From the NCBI GenBank assembly GCA_029252555.1, contig JAQXBF010000005.1:114460-178459 (forward strand): a stretch of DNA of 64,000 nucleotides, read 5' to 3'. The DNA is from Porticoccaceae bacterium. GTDB lineage: Bacteria; Pseudomonadota; Gammaproteobacteria; Pseudomonadales; Porticoccaceae. Made by a program: the position numbers and the translations under genes. Shown here one piece after another: positions 40,191 through 50,160 of this stretch. Below the pieces are notes generated by a model that was not told where the DNA came from, searched no databases, and worked only from the letters and a program-made list of their open reading frames with translations. Within the stretch, counting starts at the first letter, position 1, and every line of letters begins with the position of its first letter.

Positions 40191-40987
40191 CAAGAAAGGA
40201 TAAATTCAACCACAAATTTGCTGCCAATAAAGCCCAGCAATATGGCGCTAAAGCCCGCCCATGTCCAGCGGATAGCCTTATTGCCACGCCAGCCTCGGTA
40301 ATGCCGACCCCATAGCAAGGTGGCATAAACAGCCCAAGCCAGTAGGCTAAATGCCACCTTGTGGACCAGCTTTTGGGCGAACAGGTCATCATAGAACAGA
40401 AAACCGCTAATCAGTGACAGGGTGAGCAGTATTTCACCTGCCCAGATAAGCTCAAATAACAGCGCCTCCATAGTTTGAACTGGTGGAAAGGTGCGCATAA
40501 GCCGATTCTGGTGCTTATGTTTGAGTTGCCAGTCTTGGTAGCCCGCCAGCATGGCTTGAAGCGCGGCGATGGCCAGCAAACTGTAGGCAAGCAGCGAAAT
40601 CAGCACATGGGCCTGCATATTAGCCGACATCATAAGGGCTGGCTTGGTGCTGGGACTGAGCAGAGCTGCAAGCAGACAAAGGGCAGCAATCGGGAATAAA
40701 AATAAATTCAGGCTCTGAAGAGGCTTTTTCAAGCCACTTATCCGCACTAATACATTGATGACAAGCGCCAGTAAGGCGATTATTTTAAGCAGGCTAAGGT
40801 CGAGACCATTATCGACAAAGAGAAGGCCTGAGACGGCCAACCCATGCAGTGCAATAGCAGCCATAGTGACGGTTTGCAGCGAAAGGGGTTGAGCCCAACT
40901 GTCGAGACGCAACTGTCGCTGATGGAGCACCCATGCCGCCAAATAGGTGGCAACGGCAGCAAATCCTAGTATCGAACCTGTCATCAT
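40190..40987 (-). CDS. Cytochrome c assembly family inner-membrane protein (YpjD-like)
   Basis: HVLISLLAYSLL, PPVQTMEALLF, HKVAFSLLAW, RGWRG; usual position divergent from ffh. Confidence 0.9.
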   Translation of the reverse strand: MMTGSILGFAAVATYLAAWVLHQRQLRLDSWAQPLSLQTVTMAAIALHGLAVSGLLFVDNGLDLSLLKIIALLALVINVLVRISGLKKPLQSLNLFLFPIAALCLLAALLSPSTKPALMMSANMQAHVLISLLAYSLLAIAALQAMLAGYQDWQLKHKHQNRLMRTFPPVQTMEALLFELIWAGEILLTLSLISGFLFYDDLFAQKLVHKVAFSLLAWAVYATLLWGRHYRGWRGNKAIRWTWAGFSAILLGFIGSKFVVEFILS

Positions 40988-41101
40988 ATAATTTCAAAAA
41001 AAATGTCCATGAAGTGTGGCATATTCAGAACACAGGGTGAAGGGCGGGGCAAATTTATTGCTATAATGAGCGCCAAAATTCGTTAGCTGGAAGCAATTTG
41101 C

Positions 41102-42490
41102 ATGGCCATGTTTGAAAGTTTGAGTGATCGCCTCTCCCAAAGTCTGAAAAAGATCTCTGGAAAAGCCAGCCTCAGTGAAAAGAATATCCAGGAAACCCTG
41201 CGCGAAGTGCGCATGGCGCTTCTGGAAGCAGACGTGGCACTGCCCGTTGTAAAAGACTTTGTCGAGCAGGTAAAACAGCGTGCGGTTGGCACTGAGGTCA
41301 GCAGCAGCCTAAATCCGGGCCAGCAATTCTTGAAAATCGTGCAGGCCGAGTTAGAAGCGGTGATGGGAGAGAAAAATGAGTCCCTTAACCTAGCGGCCCA
41401 GCCCCCAGCGATTATATTGATGGCAGGCTTGCAGGGTGCGGGTAAAACCACCTCTGTTGCCAAGCTGTCTCGCTATCTTCAAGAGCGAGAGAAGAAGAAA
41501 GTGATGGTGGTGTCTGCAGATATCTATCGCCCAGCCGCCATCGAACAGCTTAAAACCCTAGCATCGGAGGTGGGTGCTGAATTCTTCCCGAGTGAGGCCA
41601 GTCAGAAGCCTGTGGCCATTGTCAATGATGCGGTTGTCGCTGCTAAAACAAAGTTTGTCGATGTGCTTATTGTCGATACAGCAGGTCGTTTAGCGATTGA
41701 CGAAGAAATGATGGGCGAAATCAAAGACGTCCATGCCGCTGCAAACCCAGTTGAAACCCTGTTTGTGATCGATGCAATGATCGGTCAAGACGCGGTGAAC
41801 ACCGCTAAAGCCTTTAATGAAGTCCTACCTCTCACTGGTGTCATCCTCACCAAGGTAGATGGTGATGCCCGGGGCGGTGCCGCGCTCTCTGTGCGCCATA
41901 TCACCGGCAAGCCTATTAAGTTCCTAGGGGTTGGCGAAAAAGTTGATGCACTTGAGCCCTTCCACCCAGAGCGTATCGCCTCACGCATACTCGGTATGGG
42001 TGATGTTCTCAGCTTAATCGAAGAAGTTGAGCGCAAGGTCGATAAAGAAAAAGCGGAGAAACTGGCTAAAAAGGTCATAAAAGGCAAAGGTTTTGACCTT
42101 GAAGACCTTCGAGAGCAGCTTCAGCAGATGAAAAATATGGGCGGTATGGCCGGTTTGATGGATAAGCTGCCGGGAATGGGCAGTATGGCTCAGATGGCCC
42201 AGCAAAACGACGTAACCAGCCAATTTGGGCGTATGGAATGCATTATTGACTCCATGACCCCAAAAGAGCGCGCCAACCCTGATATCCTCAATGGGTCGCG
42301 GAAAAGACGCATCACCAATGGTTCTGGCACTACTATTCAAGATCTAAATCGTTTGCTCAAGCAGCATAAGCAAATGGGCAAGATGATGAAAAAAATGAAG
42401 GGCAAGGGCATGCAGAATATGTTGCGTGGCATGGGCGGTATGGCACCTCCGGGTGGCGGCCTGCCCCCAGGTGGGTTTCCAAAGTTCTAG
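41102..42490 (+). CDS. ffh: Signal recognition particle protein Ffh
   Basis: GLQGAGKTT, DTAGRL, TKVDGDARGGAALS, Met-rich M domain. Confidence 0.99.
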   Translation: MAMFESLSDRLSQSLKKISGKASLSEKNIQETLREVRMALLEADVALPVVKDFVEQVKQRAVGTEVSSSLNPGQQFLKIVQAELEAVMGEKNESLNLAAQPPAIILMAGLQGAGKTTSVAKLSRYLQEREKKKVMVVSADIYRPAAIEQLKTLASEVGAEFFPSEASQKPVAIVNDAVVAAKTKFVDVLIVDTAGRLAIDEEMMGEIKDVHAAANPVETLFVIDAMIGQDAVNTAKAFNEVLPLTGVILTKVDGDARGGAALSVRHITGKPIKFLGVGEKVDALEPFHPERIASRILGMGDVLSLIEEVERKVDKEKAEKLAKKVIKGKGFDLEDLREQLQQMKNMGGMAGLMDKLPGMGSMAQMAQQNDVTSQFGRMECIIDSMTPKERANPDILNGSRKRRITNGSGTTIQDLNRLLKQHKQMGKMMKKMKGKGMQNMLRGMGGMAPPGGGLPPGGFPKF

Positions 42491-42740
42491 GCCGATAGGT
42501 AAAGGCCTCAGGGGCAATTTTGCAGGAGTTGTGAAAGCGCCTTAAATAGAGCTAAAAGTAGTTTCCTTTCATCTCCTTTTGACGTAATATACCGCGCCTT
42601 TCGCGGGGCTCCCGCTAAGGCCTAGTGTAGATGTTTAGTCAGGTAGGGATTTAGTGAAAGCGTTACATAAAGTAGTAACAACGCAATTTTTTAATGCATC
42701 AAGTTGGCGATTTTGCCGCTTGAACACAGGATTTCAGTAA

Positions 42741-42992
42741 ATGGTAACAATCAGATTGGCGCGTGGTGGCGCTAAGAAACGCCCCTTTTACCACATCACA
42801 GTTTCCGATTCCCGTAATGCACGGGATGCCCGTTATATTGAGCGTATTGGCTTCTTTAACCCAGTTGCCCGCGGCGCTGAAGAGCGTTTGCGTGTTGATC
42901 TTGAGCGTGCCTCATACTGGCAGGGTCAGGGTGCTCAGATCAGTGAGCGCGTTTCAGCACTGCTTAAAGAGGCTGCCAAAGTAGCAGCTTAA
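42741..42992 (+). CDS. rpsP: 30S ribosomal protein S16
   Basis: [25 protein letters not shown]. Confidence 0.99.
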   Translation: MVTIRLARGGAKKRPFYHITVSDSRNARDARYIERIGFFNPVARGAEERLRVDLERASYWQGQGAQISERVSALLKEAAKVAA

Positions 42993-43541
42993 TTGGTTCT
43001 GCAGCCCGGGAGTCTTCCATTGGAAACACTTGTAGTAGGGCGGATTACAGCAGTATTTGGTATACGTGGGTGGGTGAAAGTCTATTCCTATACCGAGCAA
43101 TTAGAAGCAGTGTTTGACTACCAACCCTGGTGGGTTGAAACCCAGGAAGGTCGACAGCAGATATTGGTCGACGACTGGAAGCGCCACGGTGATGGTTTAG
43201 TAGTGCATTTGAAAGGTGTTGACGATCGAGATATCGCCCGCGCCTGGTGTCAGCAGGATATCCGAGTCGACAAAACGCTGTTACCCGATCTCAGTAAAGA
43301 AGATTTTTATTGGCATCAGCTTGAAGGGCTGGCAGTAACTAGTCATTTCGAGGGACGAGAAATTCGTCTGGGTTTGGTGAAATCATTGTTGGAAACCGGT
43401 GCAAATGATGTGCTGGTGATTGAGGGAGATTCAGAGAGTGTCGACCGCGAAGAGCGGTTAATTCCCTACGCAGAGCAGTTTATCAGCAAGATTGATCTAC
43501 AGCGCGGCATGATTGATGTGATTTGGGACCCAGACTTCTAG
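42993..43541 (+). CDS. rimM: Ribosome maturation factor RimM
   Basis: GRITAVFGIRGWVKVYSYT, FYWHQLEGL, ETGANDVLV, ERLIPY; exact start uncertain. Confidence 0.97.
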   Translation: MVLQPGSLPLETLVVGRITAVFGIRGWVKVYSYTEQLEAVFDYQPWWVETQEGRQQILVDDWKRHGDGLVVHLKGVDDRDIARAWCQQDIRVDKTLLPDLSKEDFYWHQLEGLAVTSHFEGREIRLGLVKSLLETGANDVLVIEGDSESVDREERLIPYAEQFISKIDLQRGMIDVIWDPDF

Positions 43542-43584
43542 GAGTCATAGGTTCAAGACAGTATTGGGCGCAGAGGTGAGATGA

Positions 43585-44337
43585 ATGAAAATTGCATTGA
43601 TTACCCTGTTCCCAGAAATGTTTGCTGCAGTCACCGATTACGGTATCAGTGGTCGCGCAGTCAAACAGGGCTTGCTGGAGATAACCAGCTACAATCCGAG
43701 AGATTTTACCGAAGATCGTCATGAGACGGTCGACGACCGGCCCTACGGGGGCGGCCCAGGTATGGTCATGATGATAGAACCCTTGAGTAGGGCTATATCT
43801 GCAGCCAGAGAATGGACAGATAACAAAGCTTTGGTGGTGTATTTATCCCCTCAGGGCTCGGTGTTAAACCAGAGTGCTGTAAATGGTTTCGCCAAACAGC
43901 AGTCTTTAATACTGGTTGCTGGTCGCTACGAAGGTATCGACGAAAGGTTAATACAGATGGAAGTCGATGAGGAATGGTCCATAGGTGACTATGTTCTCAG
44001 CGGTGGAGAGGTCCCGGCGATGGTGTTGCTGGATGCATTGATGCGCCAGCTCCCAGGAGCATTGGGGCATCAGGACTCAGCCGATCAAGACTCATTTGCT
44101 GATGGCCTGCTGGACTGCCCCCACTATACGCGTCCAGAAGAGTATGAGGGCCAAGGGGTTCCAGACGTACTGCTCTCCGGCAACCACGAAAAAATTAGAC
44201 GTTGGCGTTTGCAGCAATCATTAGTGCGAACCCAGCAAAGAAGGCCAGAATTGTTGGACAGTCTGGAGCTCAATAATGAGCAACAGGCCTTACTCAAGGA
44301 AGCGAGTGCTGCGCTGGCAGACGATGACAATGGATAA
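43585..44337 (+). CDS. trmD: tRNA (guanine-N1)-methyltransferase
   Basis: [43 protein letters not shown]. Confidence 0.99.
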   Translation: MKIALITLFPEMFAAVTDYGISGRAVKQGLLEITSYNPRDFTEDRHETVDDRPYGGGPGMVMMIEPLSRAISAAREWTDNKALVVYLSPQGSVLNQSAVNGFAKQQSLILVAGRYEGIDERLIQMEVDEEWSIGDYVLSGGEVPAMVLLDALMRQLPGALGHQDSADQDSFADGLLDCPHYTRPEEYEGQGVPDVLLSGNHEKIRRWRLQQSLVRTQQRRPELLDSLELNNEQQALLKEASAALADDDNG

Positions 44338-44411
44338 TGTTCATCCTCTCTGTACAGAGCTCTAAATCAGGTGGCCGTGCCACCAACCAATGAAAATTGA
44401 GGAGCAAGAAA

Positions 44412-44768
44412 ATGAGTAACAAAACTACTATCATCGCTGCGCTTGAAAAAGAGCAGATGAACAAAGAAATCCCTGATTTCAGCCCCGGTGATACCGTGGT
44501 TGTTCAGGTGAAGGTTAAGGAAGGCACCCGTGAGCGTCTACAGGCTTTCGAAGGTGTTGTTCTCGCCAAGAAAAATCGTCAGCTAAATTCTGCATTTACC
44601 GTGCGTAAAATCTCAAACGGTATTGGCGTAGAGCGTACCTTCCAAACATACAGCCCATTGGTTGATAGCATTGAAGTTAAGCGTCGCGGTGCAGTCCGTC
44701 GTGCCAAGCTATACTACTTGCGGGAGCGTTCAGGTCGATCTGCACGTATCAAAGAAAAGTTGGGCTAA
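44412..44768 (+). CDS. rplS: 50S ribosomal protein L19
   Basis: [36 protein letters not shown]; ATG at 44412. Confidence 0.99.
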   Translation: MSNKTTIIAALEKEQMNKEIPDFSPGDTVVVQVKVKEGTRERLQAFEGVVLAKKNRQLNSAFTVRKISNGIGVERTFQTYSPLVDSIEVKRRGAVRRAKLYYLRERSGRSARIKEKLG

Positions 44769-44790
44769 GCATAGCGCTTATCTAACAACC

Positions 44791-44820
44791 AAAAAGGCGG
44801 CCAAAGGGGCCGCCTTTTTT
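44791..44820 (+). terminator. Intrinsic terminator after rplS
   Basis: AAAAAGGCGGCC-AAAGG-GGCCGCCTTTTT. Confidence 0.88.
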
Positions 44821-44900
44821 ATTGCCTCTTTTATAACTACCCTCTTCACCTTCGAGTTTCTTGACAGCCCAGTGCTATGGTCTATCTTTAAGAATGCTGA

Positions 44901-45575
44901 GGGTTGATAGTACTGATTGCGGAACATAATCCGTTTAACCAGAAGCTGGTTGTTAAGCTTTTGGAAGGCTATGGTGCCACCTGTATGGTTGCTAACAATG
45001 GCTTGTAAGCAGCGGAATTAGCCGAAGAGCTCCATGTAGACGTTATTCTTATGGATCTTCATATGCCGGTGGTTGATGGTGTTGCTGCTTGCGAGAACAT
45101 CATGCAGCAATCAGGGGACAGCCCGCCTATTATTGGGCTAAAAGCAGATATCACTCAAGCTGAGCATTTGAGAATGATTTCTGCCGGCGCTGTTAGTGTT
45201 CAGGCCAAACCCTTGGATGAAATCAAATTGGTTAATGCCATTCTTAGATTCCTGAGTGATCAAAGAGAGGTGTCTGAGGCCTCTGATGGTGGTTTGCTCG
45301 CTTCAGTTATTACTGTTGAAGAATTACAGGCGGCTCTGGTTGAAAATTTGGATAAACTAGAAACCCAATTGAATGCATGTGAAAAAAGTGGCCTAAGGCA
45401 AATAATTCACGATCTAATGGGGCTATGTGGCGACTATGGTATGTCGGTACTGCGGGAATTAGTGCTGGAATTCAGGGCACCCTATGGCACATTGTGCGTC
45501 GAAGAGAATCTTCAAAAAGTTGAGAAAATACGCCAGCATATTGAAGATTTCTTTGCCTTAAAATCTGCTAAATAA
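44901..45575 (+). pseudogene. Truncated remnant of a hybrid sensor kinase C-terminus (REC plus HPt; BarA/GacS-like)
   Basis: In frame GLIVLIAEHNPFNQKLVVKLL...NNGL*AAELA...DVILMDLHMPVVDG...AKPLD...HDLMGLCGDYG; TAA at 45006-45008; no kinase or sensor domains upstream. Confidence 0.75.
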
Positions 45576-45675
45576 TCTACAAGTTAACTAATACTTTGGT
45601 ATTAACTCGTCAGTGTAATTTATTTCTTTTTTTGAATGCCTTATCTTACTACCTAGCATTGACTCCTTGGCATGA

Positions 45676-45978
45676 TGCTTTGACAGGGACTTTACTGGTA
45701 AAAATACACAGACCTACACTGCTGTAAGGAAAGTAACACTGATAAACAGGATGTTTTAGAGCAAGATTGACAGGGAGTTTACTCCAAGGATAGCCGCTCG
45801 CTCAGTTGTTAGATTTCGTTTGCTACCAGTTGTGCGGTATAGACGACTTGGAAGTCGTGCGCCATGGACGGCGTAAGTCAATCTTTAATATTGGACATGT
45901 TTCAAATTTAGGCATAGTCGTTTTCCTTATTTCTAGCTAATTAAGCCCCCAGATTGAGATGTCTGTGGGCTTTCTTAT
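45676..45978 (+). ncRNA. Candidate CsrB/Rsm-type (CsrA-sequestering) small RNA
   Basis: Eight GGA motifs in 45687-45895 (five ANGGA, one CAGGATG), several in hairpin loops; terminator-like hairpin at 45943-45978; no ORF; boundaries approximate. Confidence 0.55.
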
Positions 45979-46108
45979 ATGTGGGAATAAAAAATACAGA
46001 CTAGCAACAGAGTGATGTCTTTTGATCATCTGATCAACAAACGCATAATTACTTTTACTCATGGAGCTTTAGGCCATAGACTGTCGTAAAGTACTAACCG
46101 TTTACGAT

Positions 46109-48595
46109 ATGTCCAAAAAAACTAAAAAGCCAGATCTGTTCGCGACTCGAGAAGCGACTAAGTATGCTCGTCCTATTCCCAGCCGTGAATTTGTCTTAGA
46201 TTATCTTCGAGAAAGCGTCGGTCCAGTCACCCATGAGGAAATTTGCACAGCTCTGAATTTATCGGATGAAGATCAAGTGGAAGCTATGCGTCGGCGCTTA
46301 CGAGCTATGGAGCGAGATGGCCAGATAGCCCGCAATCGTCGTGGCGGTTATGGAACTCTCGATAAGTTGAACCTGGTTAAAGGTCGGGTGATTGGCCACC
46401 CTGAGGGCTATGGGTTTGTCTCTCCGATACAGGGCGATGGCCAGGATATATACCTGTCTAGTGCGCAGATGCGACGTGTTTTCGATGGGGACATAGTGCT
46501 GGTGAGAATTGCTGGCTGGGATCGCCGTGGGCGTCCAGATGGTAGCTTGGTTGATGTGGTTGAGCGCAAGACAACCCAGTTAGTGGGTCGCTACTTCCGT
46601 GAGAGTGGTATTAGTTTTGTGCGTCCCGATAACCCCCGTATCAGTCAGGACATATTGATTCCCGGAGATAGGTCGCTAAAAGCTGAGCCAGGCCAAATTG
46701 TGGTAGTCGATATCGTCGAACCACCTTCTAGAAATAGTCTGCCCGTCGGCCATATTTCTGAAGTATTGGGTGAGCACCTTGATCCTGGTCTAGAAATCGA
46801 TATGTCTATCCGCAACTATGGCATTCCCCATCAGTGGAATAATGAGGTGATTGCAGAGACGGCTGATATCCCAGATCAAGTCCAGGATAAAGAGCTGCGC
46901 GTGGATCTAAGGAATACGCCACTTATTACCATTGATGGAGAAGATGCTCGGGACTTCGATGATGCTGTTTACTGCCAATCCAAATCACGTGGTGGCTGGA
47001 TATTAATAGTAGCCATCGCTGATGTCTCTCATTATGTAACAGTGGGGTCGGCCCTTGATAAGGAAGCATTTCAGCGGGGCAACTCGGTGTACTTTCCCAA
47101 TTATGTGGTGCCGATGTTGCCGGAGAAGCTATCTAATGGCCTCTGCTCATTAAATCCTGCGGAAGATCGCCTTTGTATGGTCTGCGAGATGCAGGTTAGT
47201 GCCGAGGGCGAGATTAGCCGCTACCAGTTTTATGAAGCAGTGATGCACTCCCACGCTCGTATGACCTATACACAGGTCGCCCATATTCTTGCGGAAAAAG
47301 ATCAGGAAAATACCTCTGGGGTGCGCAAACAGTTCGCTGCAATTTTGCCTCAGGTCGACGCATTACATGATTTGTATAGAGTGCTTCACAGCCGTCGAGC
47401 CAAGCGTGGGGCGATCGATTTTGATAGCCAAGAGACAAGAATTCTTTTTGATAGCCAGCGCAAGATAAGCCAGATTATTCCAGTGGACCGTACTGAGGCT
47501 CACAGGTTAATCGAAGAATGTATGCTCTGCGCCAATGTGTGTTCTGCTCAATTCTTGGATAAGGTTAAGATTCCCGCTCTCTATCGAGTGCATGAGGGCC
47601 CTAGTGAAGAGCGCCTAACTTCGGTCCGTGACTTTCTTGGTGAGCTTGGTATTGGCTTGGGTGGAGGTGATGACCCGCAGCCCGAAGACTACCAGCGAGT
47701 GCTCAGATCAGTAAAAGGTCGGGACGACGCCGCGGTTATTCAGTCGGTCATGCTGCGGTCCATGAGCCAAGCTATGTATCAACCGGAAAATCTTGGTCAC
47801 TTTGGATTAGCCTTCGAAGCCTATACACATTTCACCTCTCCGATTCGTCGATATGCTGATTTGTTGGTGCACAGAGCGATTCGAAGCCTTATCAGGAGCA
47901 AGAAAAAAATATCTGCAGTGCAGCGGGTGCCTGGGGCGAGTATTCTTGATCAGCAGGCTATATATCCCTATGAACTTGGGCGTTTAGCAGAGACTGGTGA
48001 GCACCTTTCGGTGACTGAGCGCCGAGCCGACGAAGCCACAAGAGATGTGGTTAATTGGCTCAAATGTGAATATTTAATGGACAGGGTGGGGGAGCAGTAC
48101 TCTGGTGTGGTCAGTGCCGTAACTGGCTTTGGCCTATTCGTTATGCTTGATGATCTCTATGTTGAGGGTCTAATTCATGTAACAGGGCTGCCCAAAGATT
48201 ATTACTACCATGAGGCCTCTCAGCATCGCATGGTGGGTGAGCGTACTGGGCGCACCTTCCGTCTCGGCCAGAAGCTGCAAGTAAAAGTAGTGCGGGTTAA
48301 TTTGGAAGAGCGCAAAATTGACTTTGAGTTAGTGGAAAGCTCGAATACTGAAACTGGCGCTCGAGGGGCAAGATCTGCGTCAGCAAAAAAGACCAGAGTA
48401 TCCCCAAAAGCAGCGGAAATGGCCTCTGAGCATGAGAAAAAGCGCAACAGCCGAGGCAAAGCAGGTAAGAAAAAACCCGTCGCTGCAGGTAAAAAGAAGG
48501 CTATATCTAGGCGACGCAAGTCTAGCGGGGTAAAAGGCACCGGCGGCAAACGGTCTGCGACAAAAGCTAAGGGTAAGAAAAACCCCCGCAGTTAA
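46109..48595 (+). CDS. rnr: Ribonuclease R
   Basis: HPEGYGFV, TIDGEDARDFDDAV, HFTSPIRRYADL, S1 domain, basic C-terminal tail. Confidence 0.98.
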   Translation: MSKKTKKPDLFATREATKYARPIPSREFVLDYLRESVGPVTHEEICTALNLSDEDQVEAMRRRLRAMERDGQIARNRRGGYGTLDKLNLVKGRVIGHPEGYGFVSPIQGDGQDIYLSSAQMRRVFDGDIVLVRIAGWDRRGRPDGSLVDVVERKTTQLVGRYFRESGISFVRPDNPRISQDILIPGDRSLKAEPGQIVVVDIVEPPSRNSLPVGHISEVLGEHLDPGLEIDMSIRNYGIPHQWNNEVIAETADIPDQVQDKELRVDLRNTPLITIDGEDARDFDDAVYCQSKSRGGWILIVAIADVSHYVTVGSALDKEAFQRGNSVYFPNYVVPMLPEKLSNGLCSLNPAEDRLCMVCEMQVSAEGEISRYQFYEAVMHSHARMTYTQVAHILAEKDQENTSGVRKQFAAILPQVDALHDLYRVLHSRRAKRGAIDFDSQETRILFDSQRKISQIIPVDRTEAHRLIEECMLCANVCSAQFLDKVKIPALYRVHEGPSEERLTSVRDFLGELGIGLGGGDDPQPEDYQRVLRSVKGRDDAAVIQSVMLRSMSQAMYQPENLGHFGLAFEAYTHFTSPIRRYADLLVHRAIRSLIRSKKKISAVQRVPGASILDQQAIYPYELGRLAETGEHLSVTERRADEATRDVVNWLKCEYLMDRVGEQYSGVVSAVTGFGLFVMLDDLYVEGLIHVTGLPKDYYYHEASQHRMVGERTGRTFRLGQKLQVKVVRVNLEERKIDFELVESSNTETGARGARSASAKKTRVSPKAAEMASEHEKKRNSRGKAGKKKPVAAGKKKAISRRRKSSGVKGTGGKRSATKAKGKKNPRS

Positions 48596-48607
48596 CGGGG
48601 GTCTTTG
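48578..48607. terminator. Probable bidirectional terminator between rnr and the DUF484 gene
   Basis: AAAAACCCCCG-CAGTTAA-CGGGGGTCTTT. Confidence 0.65.
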
Positions 48608-48642
48608 TGAACGCTAAGCTACTGTAAAATTTAGCCTATCCT

Positions 48643-49323
48643 CTAGCTTAGGTGCCTGGGTAAAATGCGATTAACTACTTCCGCGATATAGCTCAGAAAC
48701 AGCGTACCCATGCTGCTTTTATAAAAGTTGGGGTCTGCATTGCCCACTGCCAAAATCCCATATAAATTGTCATAACGCAGTGGTACAGCAGCTACTGAGC
48801 CAACCTGCAGGCCTTTCTCGCCGAATAAGAATGTCATTTCTTCCTCTCGCAGCACGCCGCAAACCGCGCGGTTGGAACCCAGCAATGTACTTACCTGTTC
48901 ATTAGCTTTTTCAGTGCTGGCGACCCGAGCCATGGTGCGAGGTAATGTTTTTTCGTCGCCCAATAAGGTCAGGCTGTAGAAATCTATAGCAAAGTCCTTG
49001 CCCAAGCTGTCATAGATTGTTTCCACCATGGCAGGCAGATTCTTGACTTCCAGTAAGTTGAGCACCAGGCGTTTGGTTTTTTCAAATAGCAGGTCATTGT
49101 CATGGGCTGTGGCCAGCATATTATCTAAACGGCTGCGCATCTCTTTGTTTCGGTCACGCATGACGCCAACCTGACGCTCCACAAGAGACACGGCACTGCC
49201 ACTGTTATGGGGCAGGCTGAGGCTTTCCAGAATATCTGGATTATGGTCCAAAAAGTCGGGATTATTGAGAAGAAACTCACGCACAATTTCTTCCGTTGAA
49301 TCGATTTGTTTTTCTTCACTCAT
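48643..49323 (-). CDS. DUF484 family protein (YigA-like)
   Basis: FLLNNPDFL, AVSLVERQV, MGTLFLSYIAEV; usual position after dapF. Confidence 0.9.
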   Translation of the reverse strand: MSEEKQIDSTEEIVREFLLNNPDFLDHNPDILESLSLPHNSGSAVSLVERQVGVMRDRNKEMRSRLDNMLATAHDNDLLFEKTKRLVLNLLEVKNLPAMVETIYDSLGKDFAIDFYSLTLLGDEKTLPRTMARVASTEKANEQVSTLLGSNRAVCGVLREEEMTFLFGEKGLQVGSVAAVPLRYDNLYGILAVGNADPNFYKSSMGTLFLSYIAEVVNRILPRHLS

Positions 49324-50150
49324 ATTCTTATTCGCCCATGGAAAACAGTGGTCGCCGGACCAGTCATTAATAGGGTTTCATTTTCACCCTGCCAATCAAT
49401 ATGCAGATCACCGCCATTCACATGAATGGTTACTGCAAAGTCTACCAGGTCCTGCTGTATCGCTGCCACTGCAGCGGCACAGGCACCAGAGCCACAGGCC
49501 TGAGTTTCGCCTACACCGCGCTCGAACACCCGCAACTTAATATTTTGGCGGTCGATAATTTGCATAAAGCCCACATTCACATCATTGGGGAACCTACCGT
49601 GAGTTTCCAACTGGGGCCCAATGCTTTCCAGTGGAGCAGTATCAACATCATCTACCAACATAACTGCATGGGGATTACCCACAGAAACAGCCGCTATATC
49701 ATATTCAGTCCCAGCCACATCAATAGAATAGAGCTGCGCTTTTTGCTCAGCTTTAAAGGGAATGTCAGCGGGCTCTAGTTGAGGGACGCCCATGTCGACA
49801 CGGACTGAATGGTTGTCCCTCATTTCGAGATCTATGACTCTATTCATGGTTTTAACCCGAATGGGGTTTTTACCGGTGAGCTGGCGGTCTGTGACATACC
49901 GAGCCAAGCAGCGCGCACCATTGCCGCACTGTTCCACTTCACCACCAGTCCGATTAAAAATACGGTAGTTAAAGTCTATATCGGGATCTGAAGGCGGCTC
50001 GATAACCAAAACCTGATCGCATCCAATGCCGTGGGTACGATTGGACAGGCGCTTCACCATGGACGCTGAGACACGAACGTTCTGGCTCACGGAATCTATA
50101 ACAATAAAGTCATTACCTAGACCATGCATTTTGGTAAATTTCATCAACAT
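49320..50150 (-). CDS. dapF: Diaminopimelate epimerase
   Basis: FTKMHGLGNDF, EQCGNGARC, VGNPHAV, ERGVGETQACGSGACA; ATG at 50150 (ORF track start is too far upstream). Confidence 0.98.
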   Translation of the reverse strand: MLMKFTKMHGLGNDFIVIDSVSQNVRVSASMVKRLSNRTHGIGCDQVLVIEPPSDPDIDFNYRIFNRTGGEVEQCGNGARCLARYVTDRQLTGKNPIRVKTMNRVIDLEMRDNHSVRVDMGVPQLEPADIPFKAEQKAQLYSIDVAGTEYDIAAVSVGNPHAVMLVDDVDTAPLESIGPQLETHGRFPNDVNVGFMQIIDRQNIKLRVFERGVGETQACGSGACAAAVAAIQQDLVDFAVTIHVNGGDLHIDWQGENETLLMTGPATTVFHGRIRI

Positions 50151-50160
50151 TTTGTTGGCC

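Noticed and set aside
45680-45783. The two TTGACA-containing 17-mer repeats as tandem sigma70 promoters
   Set aside because: Neither has a plausible -10 hexamer at 16-18 bp; the GGA-repeat sRNA reading explains them better.
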